Positions 39,830 to 57,387 are shown, counted from the first letter of the stretch. The stretch is DNA of 64,000 nt from Kudoa neothunni (GCA_964304625.1 OZ199838.1:8543904-8607903), one strand, 5' to 3'. Notes: generated by a model from the letters alone, not told the origin. Program-made: numbers and translations.

Positions 39830-41735
39830 TCGACGGCAACAGCTAATATCGTATTTGGATTATTGGCCGTAGATTGTGAAATGTCTTATTAATCTGACAA
39901 TGGGTGCATTGCACGCATATTGGATCATTTGACTGGAGCTCGAGAAGGTCGCGAGTTTGAATTGCGCCCTTTCAGGGCCCGGCTTCACAATTCTCGCATT
40001 TTCTGGATCCATCTTTTTCTTTTCATTGTTGTTTTGAATATTTGTTTTAGATTGCTCTAAAAGTTCTATTGATAACTTTTTTAGGAATTGTCTTTTCGAC
40101 TGAAGATTGTATTAACTAAGAAATTGAGGGTCCTAGTCCCATGCAGTTGAAATGTGTTGTATGCCGCCGCATCTGTTATGCTCTATAATACAGCTAATGA
40201 CCGGCGTCTAATACAATGATTCAAAATGTTTTCAACCTCATGGAATCTCTTATTGTTTGGGTAAAAATTGTTTCCCACATGCCTTTTTGTGGTTACTGTG
40301 TGAAGTCCTCAGCTAAAAAATACATTTTGATGAAAAATGATCATTATTTTAAATATTATAAATAACAAATATTTATATGTGAATGGACGAATCATTGATA
40401 TGTGAATTAATAAGTGTACATTTAAAATTAATTATATACTTACATATATCATAAAAATTTGAAATTTTCCCCACAGAAAAAACTTTTCATTAATTCTTCA
40501 GATTAAAGAAAGTGATTTGAACCAAAAAAATAATTGATTTAAAACATTTTTTATTCCTCGTGGCAATCTTTGTAGTTAAATGAAAATAAGAAACTTTCTT
40601 ATTTTATTCTTGGATCTGATAAAAACTTTGCGCAGAACGAGAAATAAAAGATTTCCGCGTCCGTCAAACTCCTGGCACTAGCTCTTTGAATCCTAAAGAT
40701 TCGGTTGAATTCCAGTTGGGAATCACGGATGTAAAACCTTAGTTTGTACCAAAAGTATTTTCAGAATTTGTTCACCTTTCGATTTAAGTTGGCTGTGGAT
40801 ATTTTTGTCATTGTCATCCCTCCGCAGGAATGACGTTTGATGAGACCTCAATTTCTGTATCGCTGTCAAAATCAGGGTCATCATTCTCACCGTTAATGGG
40901 TCCATCAATAATTGTGTCTATTTCCTCAACATCGTTGGATCGACTTATATCAGAATCATCTGATAAAAGAAACACAAAACCCTCGCCGTTATTCATTGTT
41001 ACACTGGTCACTTCCTACTAACACCCTGTTTTTTCCAAAAAATGGCGTAGAATATCCCAGAATAATGGAGAGTAGCACAGATGTGTCCGTAACATCTGCG
41101 AATACGCTGTAAGAATCTAGAAGATTACGCAAAACTACGATAATTCCTTAACTGCCTGGATAATCGCACCATCCATGATCATCTGTAGACTTGTCACAAT
41201 TGAATACATATTCAAACGATAATTGTGCTCAAATAAGAATAAAAATTTGAAATTAAATTTCCGTACTAGTTCAATTTATTCAAATGTCATTGATATGAAA
41301 TTTATAATGCATTATCCGGAAAATCATAGGGATAGACTGGAGTGCCACCTTACTAAACGCTTGGAAGTGAACATTCCTTCTAAAATTTATGCATCCATAA
41401 CTCATTTTAACTTGAGGAAATTTAACTGGAAATATGAAAACATTCTTCAGATTCGACACGTAAAATATTAACATTATAAGACTTTCATTAGAATAGTAAA
41501 TTCAAAACATACTTTGCTGGCCAGCGTATCCACCCAGGCATGCGCGGAACTTTTTTTAAATGGACGATCCATGTATCTTAGACTTTAAATAATTAACTAC
41601 AATCTAATATGCGGAATAAAAATTCCAGAGAAATAGAATACAAGAAATATGAATATTAAGAGACTTTAAAAAGTATATTATATTTTAAGAAAACCATCTA
41701 CGTGGACACTCTGTCCGCGTTTAGGCATCGGAGGG
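39830..41735 (-). mobile_element. Internally deleted piggyBac remnant
   Basis: End ...CGGAGGG|TTAA at 41735, acidic N-terminal fragment at 40814-41011, and C-terminal fragments DAAAYNTF, RQFLKKLSIELL and RKCENC..CVQC. The left boundary is approximate. Confidence 0.7.
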
Positions 41736-41759
41736 TTAAGGTTATAGTTCGGTCTAGTT

Positions 41760-44270
<2,511 letters not shown>

Positions 44271-44279
44271 AATTTTTTT

Positions 44280-45337
44280 GGATCACATTTGATTTAGCTC
44301 CCCCCCCCCGTTAAAATTTCTGTTTTTACTGATTATTAATTAATACGTTTGTGGATGTGCCGCCGTTAATATTACCTCATTAGATAGATTAAGCCGACAA
44401 AGTATACTATTTAACGGTTATCTACCGATTATCATTAGATCTGCGCAAATGATTTCTCCAAGAAGATCTTTTGGTAATATTTTTTGTAATGAGGATAAAT
44501 CTATACAATATCTTATCAATATTGGTATCTTCAATGCACCAACTAACTGAATAAAATGTAATGGAACAAGCCATCCCATACATCGAAAAAATTGGCGATG
44601 CTGCTCCAAAATGTGCAGAAAATTAAACTCCACGATTTTCTTGAGTTATCGTATTACTGGTTGGTGGGTGCAAAAAGTGTTAACCTGGGAATAATTATCG
44701 AACACTCTTCTCAAACAATCACCAATTACTGTCACTATCTTCGCCAGCTGGTAGCAGATAGTCTTGACTTTGAGGATATGGTTCATTGAAGGAGAAAATA
44801 TAATTATAGAGACTGATGAGTCTAAATTTCGAAAGGTGAAGCATAACAGAGGGTATGGCGTTAATGGAGCATGGTTCCTGGCAGAACCGCTGAGACTCTT
44901 ATCCATAAAATTCAAACGTACGTCCATCCTGGCTCTATTATAAATGATTGCTTCAAAAGTTATGGAACACTACATAATTTCTACGCTCACCTCACTGTAA
45001 ATCACAATATAGAATATATAGATAGTACTACAGGAGCTCATACAAACACCATTGAATGCACTTGGGGGTGCTATCAAATATAAAATATCACCAAGAAACA
45101 GGACATCTTCGGTTAATGAAGATGGTTCTGTCTGTATGGATGGTATCAACGAATTCCTCGGTGAATTTCAATGGAGAAGGAAAAACAATAACTATTTATG
45201 GGATGGCTTTATATCATCGTTAAAAAAAGTTTAGTTTACTATAAATTCGATTTGTATTTGTTGTGTTTTCATTTTTTTTACGATCGCGCTAATCCTATGG
45301 TAATTTGAGATTAGGGGGTTTATATCAAAGTTCAGCC
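44280..45337 (+). mobile_element. Merlin transposon, degenerate
   Basis: Imperfect ~25-bp TIRs and flanks ATTTTTTT/ATTTTGTT (8-bp TSD, 7/8). Motifs IETDESKF, KHNRG, VHPGSI..DCFKSY and GAHTNTIE. Confidence 0.8.
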
Positions 45338-45556
45338 ATTTTGTTGATTAATTCAATGCTTAAATGCACTATCAGAGTCCATATTTTTAAATTTTCGTAT
45401 ATTACGAAGAAAAGTGCTTTTTTTGTAAGTATAAACATTTTTTTCAGTTTATCAATATTTTTTTTGGGGGGGGGGGTGTTTTGTTCAAACATAAAAAATT
45501 ATACGTACTTTTCCTAACAAATTTGTACAATTATTTTTTTAAAATTATGTAATAAA

Positions 45557-48465
45557 CTAGCGCAAAAGCCCCGCTTCGCGTAGACTAACACTTGGCGCAG
45601 ACCAGTGCCTTTTGGATTTCTAAGTAAATAGCGCTAGTGCCCAGTTTTGCCTGGTACAATGTTATAGAAAACTTAGACTTTTAATTTTATTTTTGAATGG
45701 AGAAATTTTACGGAAGAGTTAATCTAATCAGCACTTTAAACCCTGTAAATTTTGTTTCTATTTTAATTTATGCATTTTAAAGCTTGTCATTATTTTTGCA
45801 ATGTGATGATTTAGAAAAACAAAATTATGCCCCCACTTTATATTCAAATATAAATAGAGGTATTGAGGGAAATTAATGAGTATTTTTAAGTTTATTTCAC
45901 AAATTATTGACCAAAACTATGATGACCTTAATTTTAAGAGAAATGTAATTAGCGATTAAAATCCAGTTATTGTGAAACAAAATCATTAAGTAACTTAAAT
46001 AAAACTTTCAGTTATTTTCAAAATCTTACGATAGAAATTAATCCTTCTAATTATAAAATGTATTATTAGTCTACAAACGATAAAAAAATAAAAGCAACCC
46101 AAGATGCGTCAGAAACAAAAATATTAATTGTTGCTCCTTTTTTCGCAAATTTATAAGGACGCCAACGATGTTTTAGAAAGCTGTGAGCGGTAACTTACGT
46201 ATTCATTATTGTAACAAAATCCCCCATTTATAAATAAATCCAATCTTGCTTTTTATCAAGAATACTTACTGGTTCAAAAATATACACATTTAATTAACAA
46301 AATACGATTAAATCAAAAATGTAAAGGTGTTTTTGGTTTGAAAAATTACAGTAATGCTTAAACATCAACTGGTTTTCTTGAAGGAATGCACCCTTTTAAA
46401 AAATAACGTACTGTTTGATTGCTCTAAACAAATTCCTTCGTATTGAACTATTCGTAGATTAACGAAAACTTTGTGAAAATATCGGTTAGATTGAATAGAC
46501 CCATAATTTCTTATTAACTTACATGGCACGTATTGAGAAGGGATTGTATTTTGTGCAAAAGTAATCATGAATAAAAACTTATTGAAAAGACGAATATAGC
46601 TTCAATCTCAATCGATATATTTGATAAAAAGAAATATTCATATCTCAGGAATTCCAATGGAGCATAATTTTCATTTAAGTCACTACAAAATTTTAATTAT
46701 TATTATTATAAAAAACAATTAAATCTATAGTGATTTGTTTTTGTTTTAAATTCTTCCTTTTTAATGAGCGATTTTTCCATTATCGGATCTATCCAAACGG
46801 CAGTATTCCTCTGATTTTTCTTTGCCATCCACAACTTGTGATCATTTTAATACATATAGCCTAGTACCATAAACTAAATATAGAATAATAACGAAAACAA
46901 TTTAATATTCCCGGGATTTCAGGAATTCTAATAAAGTATAATTTCTATTTAAAATGATCATAATCTATTTCGCTTAACTATATCCATAACGCTTGAAAAG
47001 AGAAAACACATCCCAAATAATTTGTTTATGCTTCACATTTTAGGGGAAATGCAACAACTCTTGTAAATGTGACGTCAATAGTTTTATTTGTCTTAAAGTA
47101 ACTCCTAACAGGCATATGTAAAATTTTTAGAACATTCTACACCATAATTAAGAGACTCTTTTTCTATATAATGAGTAAAAAGTTCATTCTAATTGAGTAT
47201 CACTCTGAAGAAAACAACTATTAAATACTATACAGGTACTTTTTTATCTGCTATTTGAGTAAACAACAAGAAAATACCTTACTTCTAATTGCAGTATTTC
47301 TTATATTTATACTTCTAAGTAAATTAGCGATTTTTATTGATTTTATCATCTATTCAAGTGCAATCTAAAAGCTGTATTTAAAAAAAGTTCCTTCATGGCA
47401 CATGCGTACTGCTGAAAACACACACTGACACACAGAACTTTAGATATCAGGGATGGCAAGACGTGCCTAGATCGGGAGCCAACATTAAGGTTGAGCAGAT
47501 TTTCGAAATCCACAAGACATTAAAATCATTTATGAATCTCTTCCTTATTTAAATCTTATATTTTTGGGAAATTTTTTTAAATGTTAAAGTAAAATGTAGT
47601 AGATTATAATTAATGAATTTGTTATTTTTTCTTATTAAATGAATCGCAAAAAAACTTGCATATAATTTATGATTGTTTTCCCAACAAAGTAAATTAGTAG
47701 TCAATCAATGATCCATGAAACTTTTCTCTATGAAAAACGTCGCGAAAATAATAAAATATTTTTCATATTTAATCATGTATGATAGTCTGACAGCGAATAA
47801 AATTGAATAATTACGAATAAAGTAATAACACAAGATTTTAATGCTTTCGAAAATTTATTGCTTAGAAATTGTTTTGAATGTTACAAGTTTTTTGTTTCCG
47901 CATCATCTGTGAGCTGACGTAATCCGGTTCGTATGCTGTTAACGTTGTACGAATTAGTCCCGTCAGGTGTTTGTTTGTGAGGAAGGGATACGCGATGCTC
48001 CGATTTTACAAATTTCATCGTTGAATGAATAAACTCACAACAATAAGTTGTTAAAATATAGAAACAAGTTGAGGCAAATTCCTTTTAATCTTGAGTCTTT
48101 AGTTTCTGGATCGTATTTCCAGAACTCGCTTGGTGAGTTGGAATTACGAATCATGTTTAAGTTTTAATTTCTGTTTTATTCTTCCGATATGTATCATTTT
48201 GATAATGGATAAACACTAGTTTTAAATGTGTTTCCTAATGAAACTAGTAATAATTCAAGTTTGTATCAAATATTAAAACTATACGGTAATTTGTAATTAT
48301 GTTTTCCAATTAAAAATATTATTTAGTTTAAGATTAAAGATTTAATTTCTTCACTTGATTAAATAGTTTAAACTTTTCGGGTTTCCCCAATTAACGTGCT
48401 GATTGAATTTAAAAAAAAATTTTTTCAAGAGCCATGGTTTGGCCACTCCTGATATAGTAGACAGA
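45557..48465 (-). mobile_element. Non-autonomous Helitron, copy B (contains hAT insertion)
   Basis: The minus strand starts A|TCTGTCTACTATAT and ends with GC-rich CGCGAAGCGGGGCTTTTGCG-CTAG|T. Homologous to 27236-30089. Confidence 0.8.
47448..48451 (-). mobile_element. Internally deleted hAT, copy 2
   Basis: ~1 kb direct homolog of 34618-35634, with CAGGGATGGC / GGCCACTCCTG ends. Confidence 0.85.
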
Positions 48466-48715
48466 TAATAGGTAGTAGATAAAGGATTATAAAAATTTTT
48501 GGATAATTCTGAAGAAAATGTTTTGTGTCAAACATCTCTTACAACGAGAGAAATACTGCATGGACAAGCTAATCTAGTGAGGGCATTAAGCATGAAAGTC
48601 AGAAAAACAATGAGTAGACGGTAAATTCGCATTTAAGAAAACAAACATCAACACTCTAAATAATTTAATCAAATAATGAGTTTGTATTGAATGTGTAGGT
48701 CAAAATTCTGTTTAA

Positions 48716-50342
48716 TTAGAATCTTTTGATTCCGAATACCAGATATAGAATCAGTATAACAAAAACTATAGTGCTGAAAGCTCCGTAGCATGCAGCAAAA
48801 ACATAGGCTACGTATTGTTTTCTGGTCCAAGATGTTCCATATCCGCTTTCAGGGATAGGTGTGGATGGAGTTCCATCTCTGTCGCACATCTCATCAACAT
48901 CAGGTTCGAATAATTTCTCAAAAACTCTTCAATGGTGTTATTAAAAAGTTACGGTAATAATAAATCACTTCATGAACTCCATCAGTGTACATTCTTTGCC
49001 TTCATTACATGCAGGTAATGATACTTGTGTATATTTCTTAGTATCTCCTGAATAAAATACTTTAAAAACAAGTCTTTTAGCGTTATTTTCAGTAATTTCT
49101 TGTAGTTCAAGAGCCAGCGATGCAGCAAAAGGTAAGATATCATCTAATGGGGCTCCGAATGCGGATAACAACGCATAAATTGTAACATCATGCTATTTTG
49201 ATATCAAGAGTAATTGCCATAGGCGATTATATGAAATTACAGTCGAATAGATGTATAGCTTTCGTTTATCGTGTTTCTCATCCATTTCTTTATTATTTAA
49301 GAGATATTCTGGTATGGCTTGTTTAGCATCATCAGGCAAGAATCGAACCATATGTTGTGCCACAGTATACAATAGGTTGCCTATCAGAACTTTTTGAACC
49401 TTTTCATTTTTGCTTGAATAAGTTTGTGAAATAATAAATTTAGCTGACATGGTCAGTTTATCGTATATATCTTTGGTTAACCAGTCCGGCAGTTTTTTTG
49501 CACTAAGCGTCTCTATAAGTGACTCATCATAGACATCCAGCACTTTTTTAAGATCTGGTTCATATCCTGTATTTTCGTAGATTTTATTGAGAAAATCCTA
49601 CGTGGTTTAATAAATCACAAAATTTTATATTCTGTCGTTTAATTATGAGAAATAATAATACTTTATTTTTATTGATAAAGTCCAACCAAGGCTCACTTGT
49701 CATTATTTCATCCAAATATTTATCCCTTAAAGGACAGTCCATTTTAAGAATTCTCAACTATATCGGTACCAAAGTCAGGTTATAGATGGTAATATTCAAA
49801 AGTGTATTTACTGTATCATTAATTGGGGAAACAGTCTGAACAGGTAGCGGTTGCCATAAAATAGTGTCCTCAAATTGGTTTTCTTTTTTCGGTGGGTACA
49901 TGCCAGCCAAAAATGCCTCAGCAGACATCAAGCATCTCTCACTACCACTACTTTTCACGTGTATTTCGTCAAAGTTGTAATCCTCGCTGGAAAATTTTTG
50001 CTTGTTAATGTATTCAGCTTTTATTTTCTTCCCCAGATTGTACATTTGGGTTGCTCCTTTCTAAACAAATTATTTTTCGGATCTTGGGTTAGTATAGTTG
50101 CACATGGGTTACTTTCTGAAGTGTTGCTAAACCTCCAACCCAATTTTGATTGGTTGATTTAGGATAGACGGCGTATGGATTTCGTTGGCCATGTCTAAAA
50201 ATCTGAAAAAATATGCTAAATATGCCTCATTATTTCCATATACCATATGTGACATGAGTAATTTTTCATCACATTGGTAAACGTCCAATATGGCGCACAA
50301 AACGAGAACAACCACCAAAAAAATTGTTTTAATGCACACCAT
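48716..50342 (-). CDS. Lysosomal/prostatic-type histidine acid phosphatase (ACP2-like), membrane-anchored
   Basis: Signal peptide, IFRHGQRNP catalytic motif, GATQMYNLG, RCLMSAEAFLAGMYPP, WQPLPV, YST|HDVT, and a C-terminal TM helix. Six GT-AG introns. Confidence 0.92.
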
Positions 50343-51087
50343 TTTCTCAATTTATTCTGTTGATGATATAAGTCATTAATTTGAGTTTATATATCAATAA
50401 TTTAAGCCGATTTTCGTTTTTTGACTGGTAACAATAAATAACATTACAATAGGTTCATTTTTCTGATATAACTCGTTTAAGAATTTTAATTAAAGCTGTC
50501 AGACTTTGATTTTTGTATTTGCATATTAGTTTATATCGCTTGAAATGGTTCGCTACTATCTGATTAATTGAATAAACAACCTGTATGGTACTTTAATATT
50601 GGGATTAAATCTGATGAGACATTTCTCAAACCTACTTAAATAATCGTGTTTACTAAATAAACTGAATTATAAAATTAACTTCTTAACTTTAAAAATCATT
50701 TCGGCTATTAATAAAAAATGTTAAATTAAGCACCGAAATTCTAACTGTTTAATAAGATTTTGTATCAATATTATAAATTAGTCATGCAGCAGCCAAAATA
50801 TTCGTATTCTGTAATGAGTCAGTTTCAAATATTATAACTTATTTTAAAACAGAGTTGTTGCATAAGTACATTATTTTATTTTCTATAAGACATCTAATGA
50901 AACCCAAAAAATACTTTGGCGATATCAATATTTTTTTAATCCCTTATAAGAGTGATCATACAGGTACCTTAAAAAATATTGATATTTTGTCAGTATTCGC
51001 CTAAAAAGCCCTATATTGCAGGTAGCACAACTAACTCCGACAGATATTACGGACTTGAAACAAGCCATTACACAATTTTGAATTTAA

Positions 51088-53185
51088 CCCTTTCACGTTC
51101 TATTTTTTGTTTTTATAAAGATATATATTGTTAATGAGGCATCTATTAGTAAAAATTTTTAATTTTAATTTTATCATGCGGATTTTTTAGATCTTGTTCA
51201 TGTGCATTTAAATATCCACTGGGATTAAATGGTAAAAAAGTTGAAAATGAACAAAAGTTTTAAAATAACTATTCTAAGATTATACTTAATAAATAATTAT
51301 TTTAAATTTCAAAATTCATGAAAAAATTTCTAACAAATAACCCTAAACAGCACGTCTCCCATGAATCATCTCCAAATTTGTTTCATGTTTCATAGTAATA
51401 ATATATATATATATATAGATTTATACTGTCAACATAATGCAATTTTGTTATTATAAATTTATTTTGTAACACGTATTTCTTCGGCTTATTTAATTTCACT
51501 GAGATGAGAAAACAAAATTACGTAACAATTTGCAAGAAAATAAAACGCAATATAATGAAACGTACAGATTAATCCAAATTAATTAATTAATTTCGTTTTT
51601 GATAAAATTCGTAGAGACAATTCCTTTCTTTAATCTGGAAACATCTCGCTTTGCATTTAATGCATTTGATTTGCGTGATACTTTGGCAAAGTTTACATCT
51701 TGTGCATGTGAGCGTGACTTCGGGGGAATGCCCAACATTGTCGAATCGGATACGAATATCGTCAGAAAGAGAGGAATTCACGATTTTCCGGCTTAATGAA
51801 TTTTCCAATTCATTCTCTACTGATAATGATGGTCTCCCGCGCTTTAATTTCACGGTTGGTCCCTTTTTAAAAGATATTAAACTCGCACACAAAATACGTG
51901 AAATTCGATAAATCTAATATTTCGCTCTCGTTTGTTTTTCTTGATTTACTGTTTCTCTTGTATAATAACCAAGAGTTCATCATAGCTGTATTTATTCCCC
52001 AATAAAATATCCTCAAGTTAACATTTTAAACCGCATTCGGCAGGCTTTCTGGGCATATATTGCTTTTAACAGCACCTACCTCTAAATGGTATCATCTGTT
52101 CATCTACAGATAACTTCCTTACGGGTTGAATCTTTAAGCAATCTAATCATAAGTGGTCCAAAATGATCTTATTTTCCAAAACCTATCAAAATCAGGATTG
52201 GATTGTTGGGTGACTATTTTGTCATTATGTTTGAAATGACGAAATTTTGAAATCAGCTCAAATCTACGGTGTGTGAACAAGTTTGCAATTGGCTCAAACT
52301 TAAAACATTTTTGCGAATAACAACGATATCTAGGCATCCTTATTATAACCATTAAGATGAGGACTCCAATATACTTATCTGTTTCACCATTATCAACTTT
52401 GAAACATGAATTAGACTGTCTGGAATAAAGGTTCGTTTGTTCAACCATCAAATCTATGAAGGATTTATTGATAAATTGGTTGAAGTAATCGATAGGATTA
52501 AAAGTTCATTTATATCTTCAAAATAGCGCTCTGAACTCTCAAAATCAATAATGTCATCTAAAGTTTCTTGTTCTACATCAAAATTAAATTTGAAGTTCGA
52601 GTTGCATTTATCCTCATCAGTAGCCTCATTATGGTTTTTAAAGTAGTCATGCATTATTTAAAAGTATCGATATTTTCATTTTCTGAACATATCTCGGGTT
52701 CTAAAATATCGCCATCGGGCAGAAAAACTATTTCTTATTCAATTTTTCGACTTTTCGCAGATATGTCCGGAATATCGTAATGAGTATCTTCACCGCGTGC
52801 GTGCCACGAGATCCCAGTGTGCATTTAAGTGTACTAACTGTAATACTCAAATAACTATTTATTCTTATAACTTTTTCGAAAATACTCTCATACATTTTAT
52901 TATTTGTTATGAACAATTCATGATATTTTTTAAAGTTGACATTGATAATCAACACTGATCAATTTTACGTGTGCAATCTTTCACATTTGGAGCATGCTCA
53001 ATATATAGATGAAAAACTTAATATTTTCTTAAATTTCCAAGGAAAATTATTCATACTTTGAAATAATGGTGACAATCAGATATTGATCATGATCCATTAA
53101 ATATGTTATATAAAGTGGTAGTTAAGTGTATTAAAAGATTGTGCTTTTCTTATGTGCATTCAAACGCACACTGGACGCGAAAGGG
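51088..53185 (-). mobile_element. piggyBac (PGBD2/3-like), internally deleted
   Basis: TTAA|CCCTTTCACG...CGCGAAAGGG|TTAA. Motifs VEQTNLYS, RRFELISKFRHF, DRFWKIR and RFDNVGH..RCKLC..CIKC. Confidence 0.9.
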
Positions 53186-53189
53186 TTAA

Positions 53190-55533
53190 CCCTTTCACGC
53201 CTGAATTTTTATTCATCGATGAAATAAATATATAAATTTAAATAAGTAATTTTAATTGAAAAACGATATTTATTTTCTTAAAATATCTTTTAACATTTCA
53301 TAAAAATGGGTATTAAATGCTGTCCCGTATACCCGACATCCGGCATTAATGGACTGGAATTTGTGTGCACGATAGAAACCGAAAGGAATTGCTTAAAGAA
53401 CAAAAAATAGTTTATAAAATATAAATTAGTTATCATTATAAATGTAGAAACAATTTCTACCATTCAAAGGACAACCTGAAGCGTTATATTTCAAAAATAC
53501 TACTTGGGTTTTTCTTCCACAAATTTTACATCCTCTTTGAAATAAAGTTACTTCAGGCGGGTGGCCTATATTATCAAATCTTATTTGATCGGATAATGAA
53601 ATGTATTTTTTTTCCGTGGTAATTTTATGTTTTCGTTTACGAGTTTGTCTGGATAATTGATTTTTATATAACAATGATTCACAAATTGAGTATGTAAAGG
53701 ATAGCAGATCAAGAGTTTCCGCTTTTGAGGTATGGCGCATTTTCCACTGCCATCTATATAGCAACCATGAATTGGTTATCGCTGTATTGATACCCCAAAA
53801 AAATTCGCATGTAGAATTTTTCGCACTTGTGACTCAATCTATAAAGTGACATTAACATGTCAGACAGGTCAACACCTCCCATATTCTTGTTGTATTCTGA
53901 TACGACAGCTGGACAATTTACTTTAACTCGCTTCTTTTGGCGCCTATCAAATCTGAATAAAGTTGTTAAAGATTCAATAGCAGAATGAGTTGATGATAAC
54001 GTCACGACTGAATTATCGTACCGTCGAGTCAACACTAAACTTTCATTAGAACTTTGTGCAAAATCAAAAGCGCCACGTTATTTCTTCATTAGCTCTTTTT
54101 TTGAAGCAAAGGACATCCTTTCATTCGATTATTCCGGATGGTTCCCACAGAATAAATGCCACTTTTTTTCAATATTATTTGCATCTTGAATGACGTAAAC
54201 CAATTATCAAGGTACACTAGAAAATTTCTGTTTATAGGAAGATGCTCACATAACTAGATAACATAATCTCAAGAATTTAAGCCATAACTTACAGCGACCA
54301 TAGGATGTTTACCATCTTAACAACTAAAGTTATAAACCATCCCACTTCTTCCACATAATGCAAAAACTTTAAACCCCGATTTTGTAGGTTTATTTGGAGC
54401 ATATTGTTTTGCTCTACATTTACCCTTGAATGGAATCATCTATTCATCCGACGAATTGATAGTTTCAGAACTGATTTTTAAAAGCGGCATTCTCAAATGT
54501 TCCAAAAAGGGTCGAATTTTTGCAAATCGATCTAAGTATCGAGAAGATTGATCATTTGTAATATTTTCGTTGTCGTTAAAATGTAAATATTTTGATATCT
54601 GCTCGAATCTATCTCTCGAAAAGACATCAAAAATGGGGGGGGGGGGGGATAATTAAAATACTTAGACCAATAACGTCTGTAACGGGGCGTTCGAACAATC
54701 CCCATCAAGATCAGTACTCCAAGTTAGCTTTCGATTTCTGGAACAGAGGTTCTAAAGTTAGAATTATTCTGGATTGCGCATCGATTTGATTCGACAACAA
54801 TCAATTCAAGCAGTTAGTTCATTATCGAATAATCTATCAAAATAATCTCTGGGATAAATTAACCCGTTTAAATTTTCAAAATGATCGTCATCGTTGGACA
54901 ATTCCTGTGGCAAACCTATGCTGCTCAAGTTTTTTTTCCATTTTATTTTTGAATTAATTTTGGAATCATCTGATGACACACATTCTTCTCTTTTCATACT
55001 TGATGATAGAATCACTGGATCGTCGTAAGAATACGTATCTGGTTCAGATATGTCAGCATCAGTTAGGCCAATGATTTCTGATAATTCGTTTTTACTTCCA
55101 TCATTATTAGTCCGAATGTCAGGATCCATTGTGGCTAATCTAAATCCAGTACATGAGTGCCGGGTGTCCGGTATACGGACACGTGTTAAACATTGTATTA
55201 TTTCAAAAATCATGCACCTGATTCGTTTATAAATCTATCTATTTAATGAAATTAATTATTTGCACTACGTCAAATTTTTATTTTGGTAAATCATGAAAAC
55301 CCTAAATGTTATGATCAAATTCTTTTGAATGCTGCAATGGTATAGTGGTTTTAACTTTAAATGCCTAATTTAATTATTATCATGTTTAGTGATAATTGTG
55401 AAATCTATTAATAAGAAACAACTACTTTAATATATTATACCGACATTTATCACATTACGAAATTTCGTTTAAGTAAGTTTCAGAATTAGAGACAAATTGC
55501 TGTCCTGTATACCGGACATCCGGCACAAAAGGG
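53190..55533 (-). mobile_element. piggyBac (PGBD2/3-like), degenerate
   Basis: TTAA|CCCTTTCACGCC...GGCACAAAAGGG|TTAA. Motifs VYLDNWFTS, YNKNMGGVDLSD and IRFDNIGHPP. Subterminal TGTCCxGTATACCxGACA repeats at 53321, ~55167 and 55501. Confidence 0.9.
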
Positions 55534-55542
55534 TTAAGTTAA

Positions 55543-56255
55543 CCCTCTAATGGTATATCTTTTTATACAGTAAACTAATTCCTAAAAGATTCCAGCTATT
55601 CTTCTAAAAAAATTTCGTCTTTGGGGTAAAATTTACCCCATGTTTTTTTTGGATTAAAAATATTTAAAAAATCAAATCCACTTCTAACTTAAATAAAATA
55701 AAATTCCTATGAATAATTTTTGCAGAAAGTAAGGAAATGTTAGATAAATTAATTATATCGCATGCGCGAAGCGTATGAAGATGTGTGATACTAATCATTT
55801 CATTGATGAATTTTGTTTTTCAGAGAATGAACATCATGTTGTTGATGAAAATGTCTTCTTATCGATGTTTCTTGTTGAAAAATTGTTGGAAAAAATTGAG
55901 CATAGGGACATGTTAAAAACTGTGTTAACTTCTCATAACTTTCAAGAATCCTTCTTATGTTTTGTTTTAATATTTCAACTGGCGCAACACATTTAATTCC
56001 GCTGAATTAACGCAATTACTTTATTAATGGAACATCGATGTGTACCGACATAAGACGGATCGTAGACGAAGCCGATTATCGCGGGGATTACGTCATAATT
56101 TAATATGCATTTGCCATTGTTTCATCCATAGGAATTAAAAATTATTCTACGATATTGATTATTAGATTCTTTAAAGTGTTATAATTCAAAAAAATGTGGG
56201 GTAAAATTTACCCCTAAGTCCATTACACGTTCATCGTTTTGGGATCATTAGAGGG
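55543..56255. mobile_element. piggyBac-derived MITE
   Basis: TTAA|CCCTCTAATG...CATTAGAGGG|TTAA with two GGGGTAAAATTTACCCC palindromes. Confidence 0.85.
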
Positions 56256-57387
56256 TTAAAAAATCAATACATTTGAAAAAGGTGGGGCGAGATAGAAAAA
56301 AGGTTGGGAAAAGCGGTTCTAAAAGATTCTACCGAGGGTTGAATGTTCTTTAGATTTAAAATATGTTTTTTACCAAGACATAATTATTCTATTAATAAGA
56401 TAAGATCAAATTTCTAAGCTGTTCATTTTTGAACTCCTCAATGACTTAATTGAATTATAACAACTGATAATTTTAAATTCCTCGTCAACATCCCTCTGTA
56501 TCCTTGGCATGGTCAAATTTACTACGCAATATCGAATCGAAACGAGGTTTCCGGACACTAGAATTGCTACACAATACAAAATTACCTCGCAATACGGAAC
56601 AATTTCATATTAATTTTTTTATTCATAAATAGTCTTAAACACATTTTAAGAGGATAATAATATAATTAGTACCTAGCAATATCGAGGCACGGCTGTATAT
56701 TTTAATTAAGCACGTATAACGCTTCATTTTGATTAGATATGGTAATAAATGCTGGAAAACCTTTTGATAATGAGGACTGAGGTGCAGATGTATTTATTTT
56801 GAATTTTTAACATCGCCATGTGAGCAGACATATTTAATATATCTGAAAATTAATTGTCCTTCCTTATTATTAACATTATCCGACTGATTATCTTCATTTT
56901 TAATTTTGATGCTCCTACCAATTCTGTAAGAGAAACCAGATTCCTTAGTTTTAATGTAAGAACATTAAATTTTATAACAGTACTTTAATAAAATCATCAA
57001 GACATTGTTTCATTTCGGTATACGAAGAAAATTGACTTTTAAATAATCTATGTACACTTTCCGCCATATTAATTTATTAAGACCGACTCACTACCACTAC
57101 ACGTGAGGTCAAAAATAATATAAACATATCGTTGCCAAATTATACTGTTAATTATAAGAGAAGACACTCGGCTGACTATTGTGCTTGCACATATACATCG
57201 ATAATATGTTTCAAAAAATAACAGTTAATTTTTATAATCTGTAATCATTTTACATACATAAATATCTGAAAAATATATTTTATCATGTTTATAAGCTATT
57301 TTGTTTGTAAAAGCGCTATAACCTGTAGAAAAAAGCGAAATAATTATAATCCTATAATCCCCGCGCACGCACTGTATTTATGGAAAG

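Noticed and set aside
39880-40010. GC-richer stretch with CATTGCAC (U1A-loop-like) and GAAGGTC (RNase P-like) suggesting an ncRNA
   Set aside because: There is no U1 5' end or RNase P CR-V, and the minus strand reads as the Cys-rich C-terminus of the piggyBac remnant.
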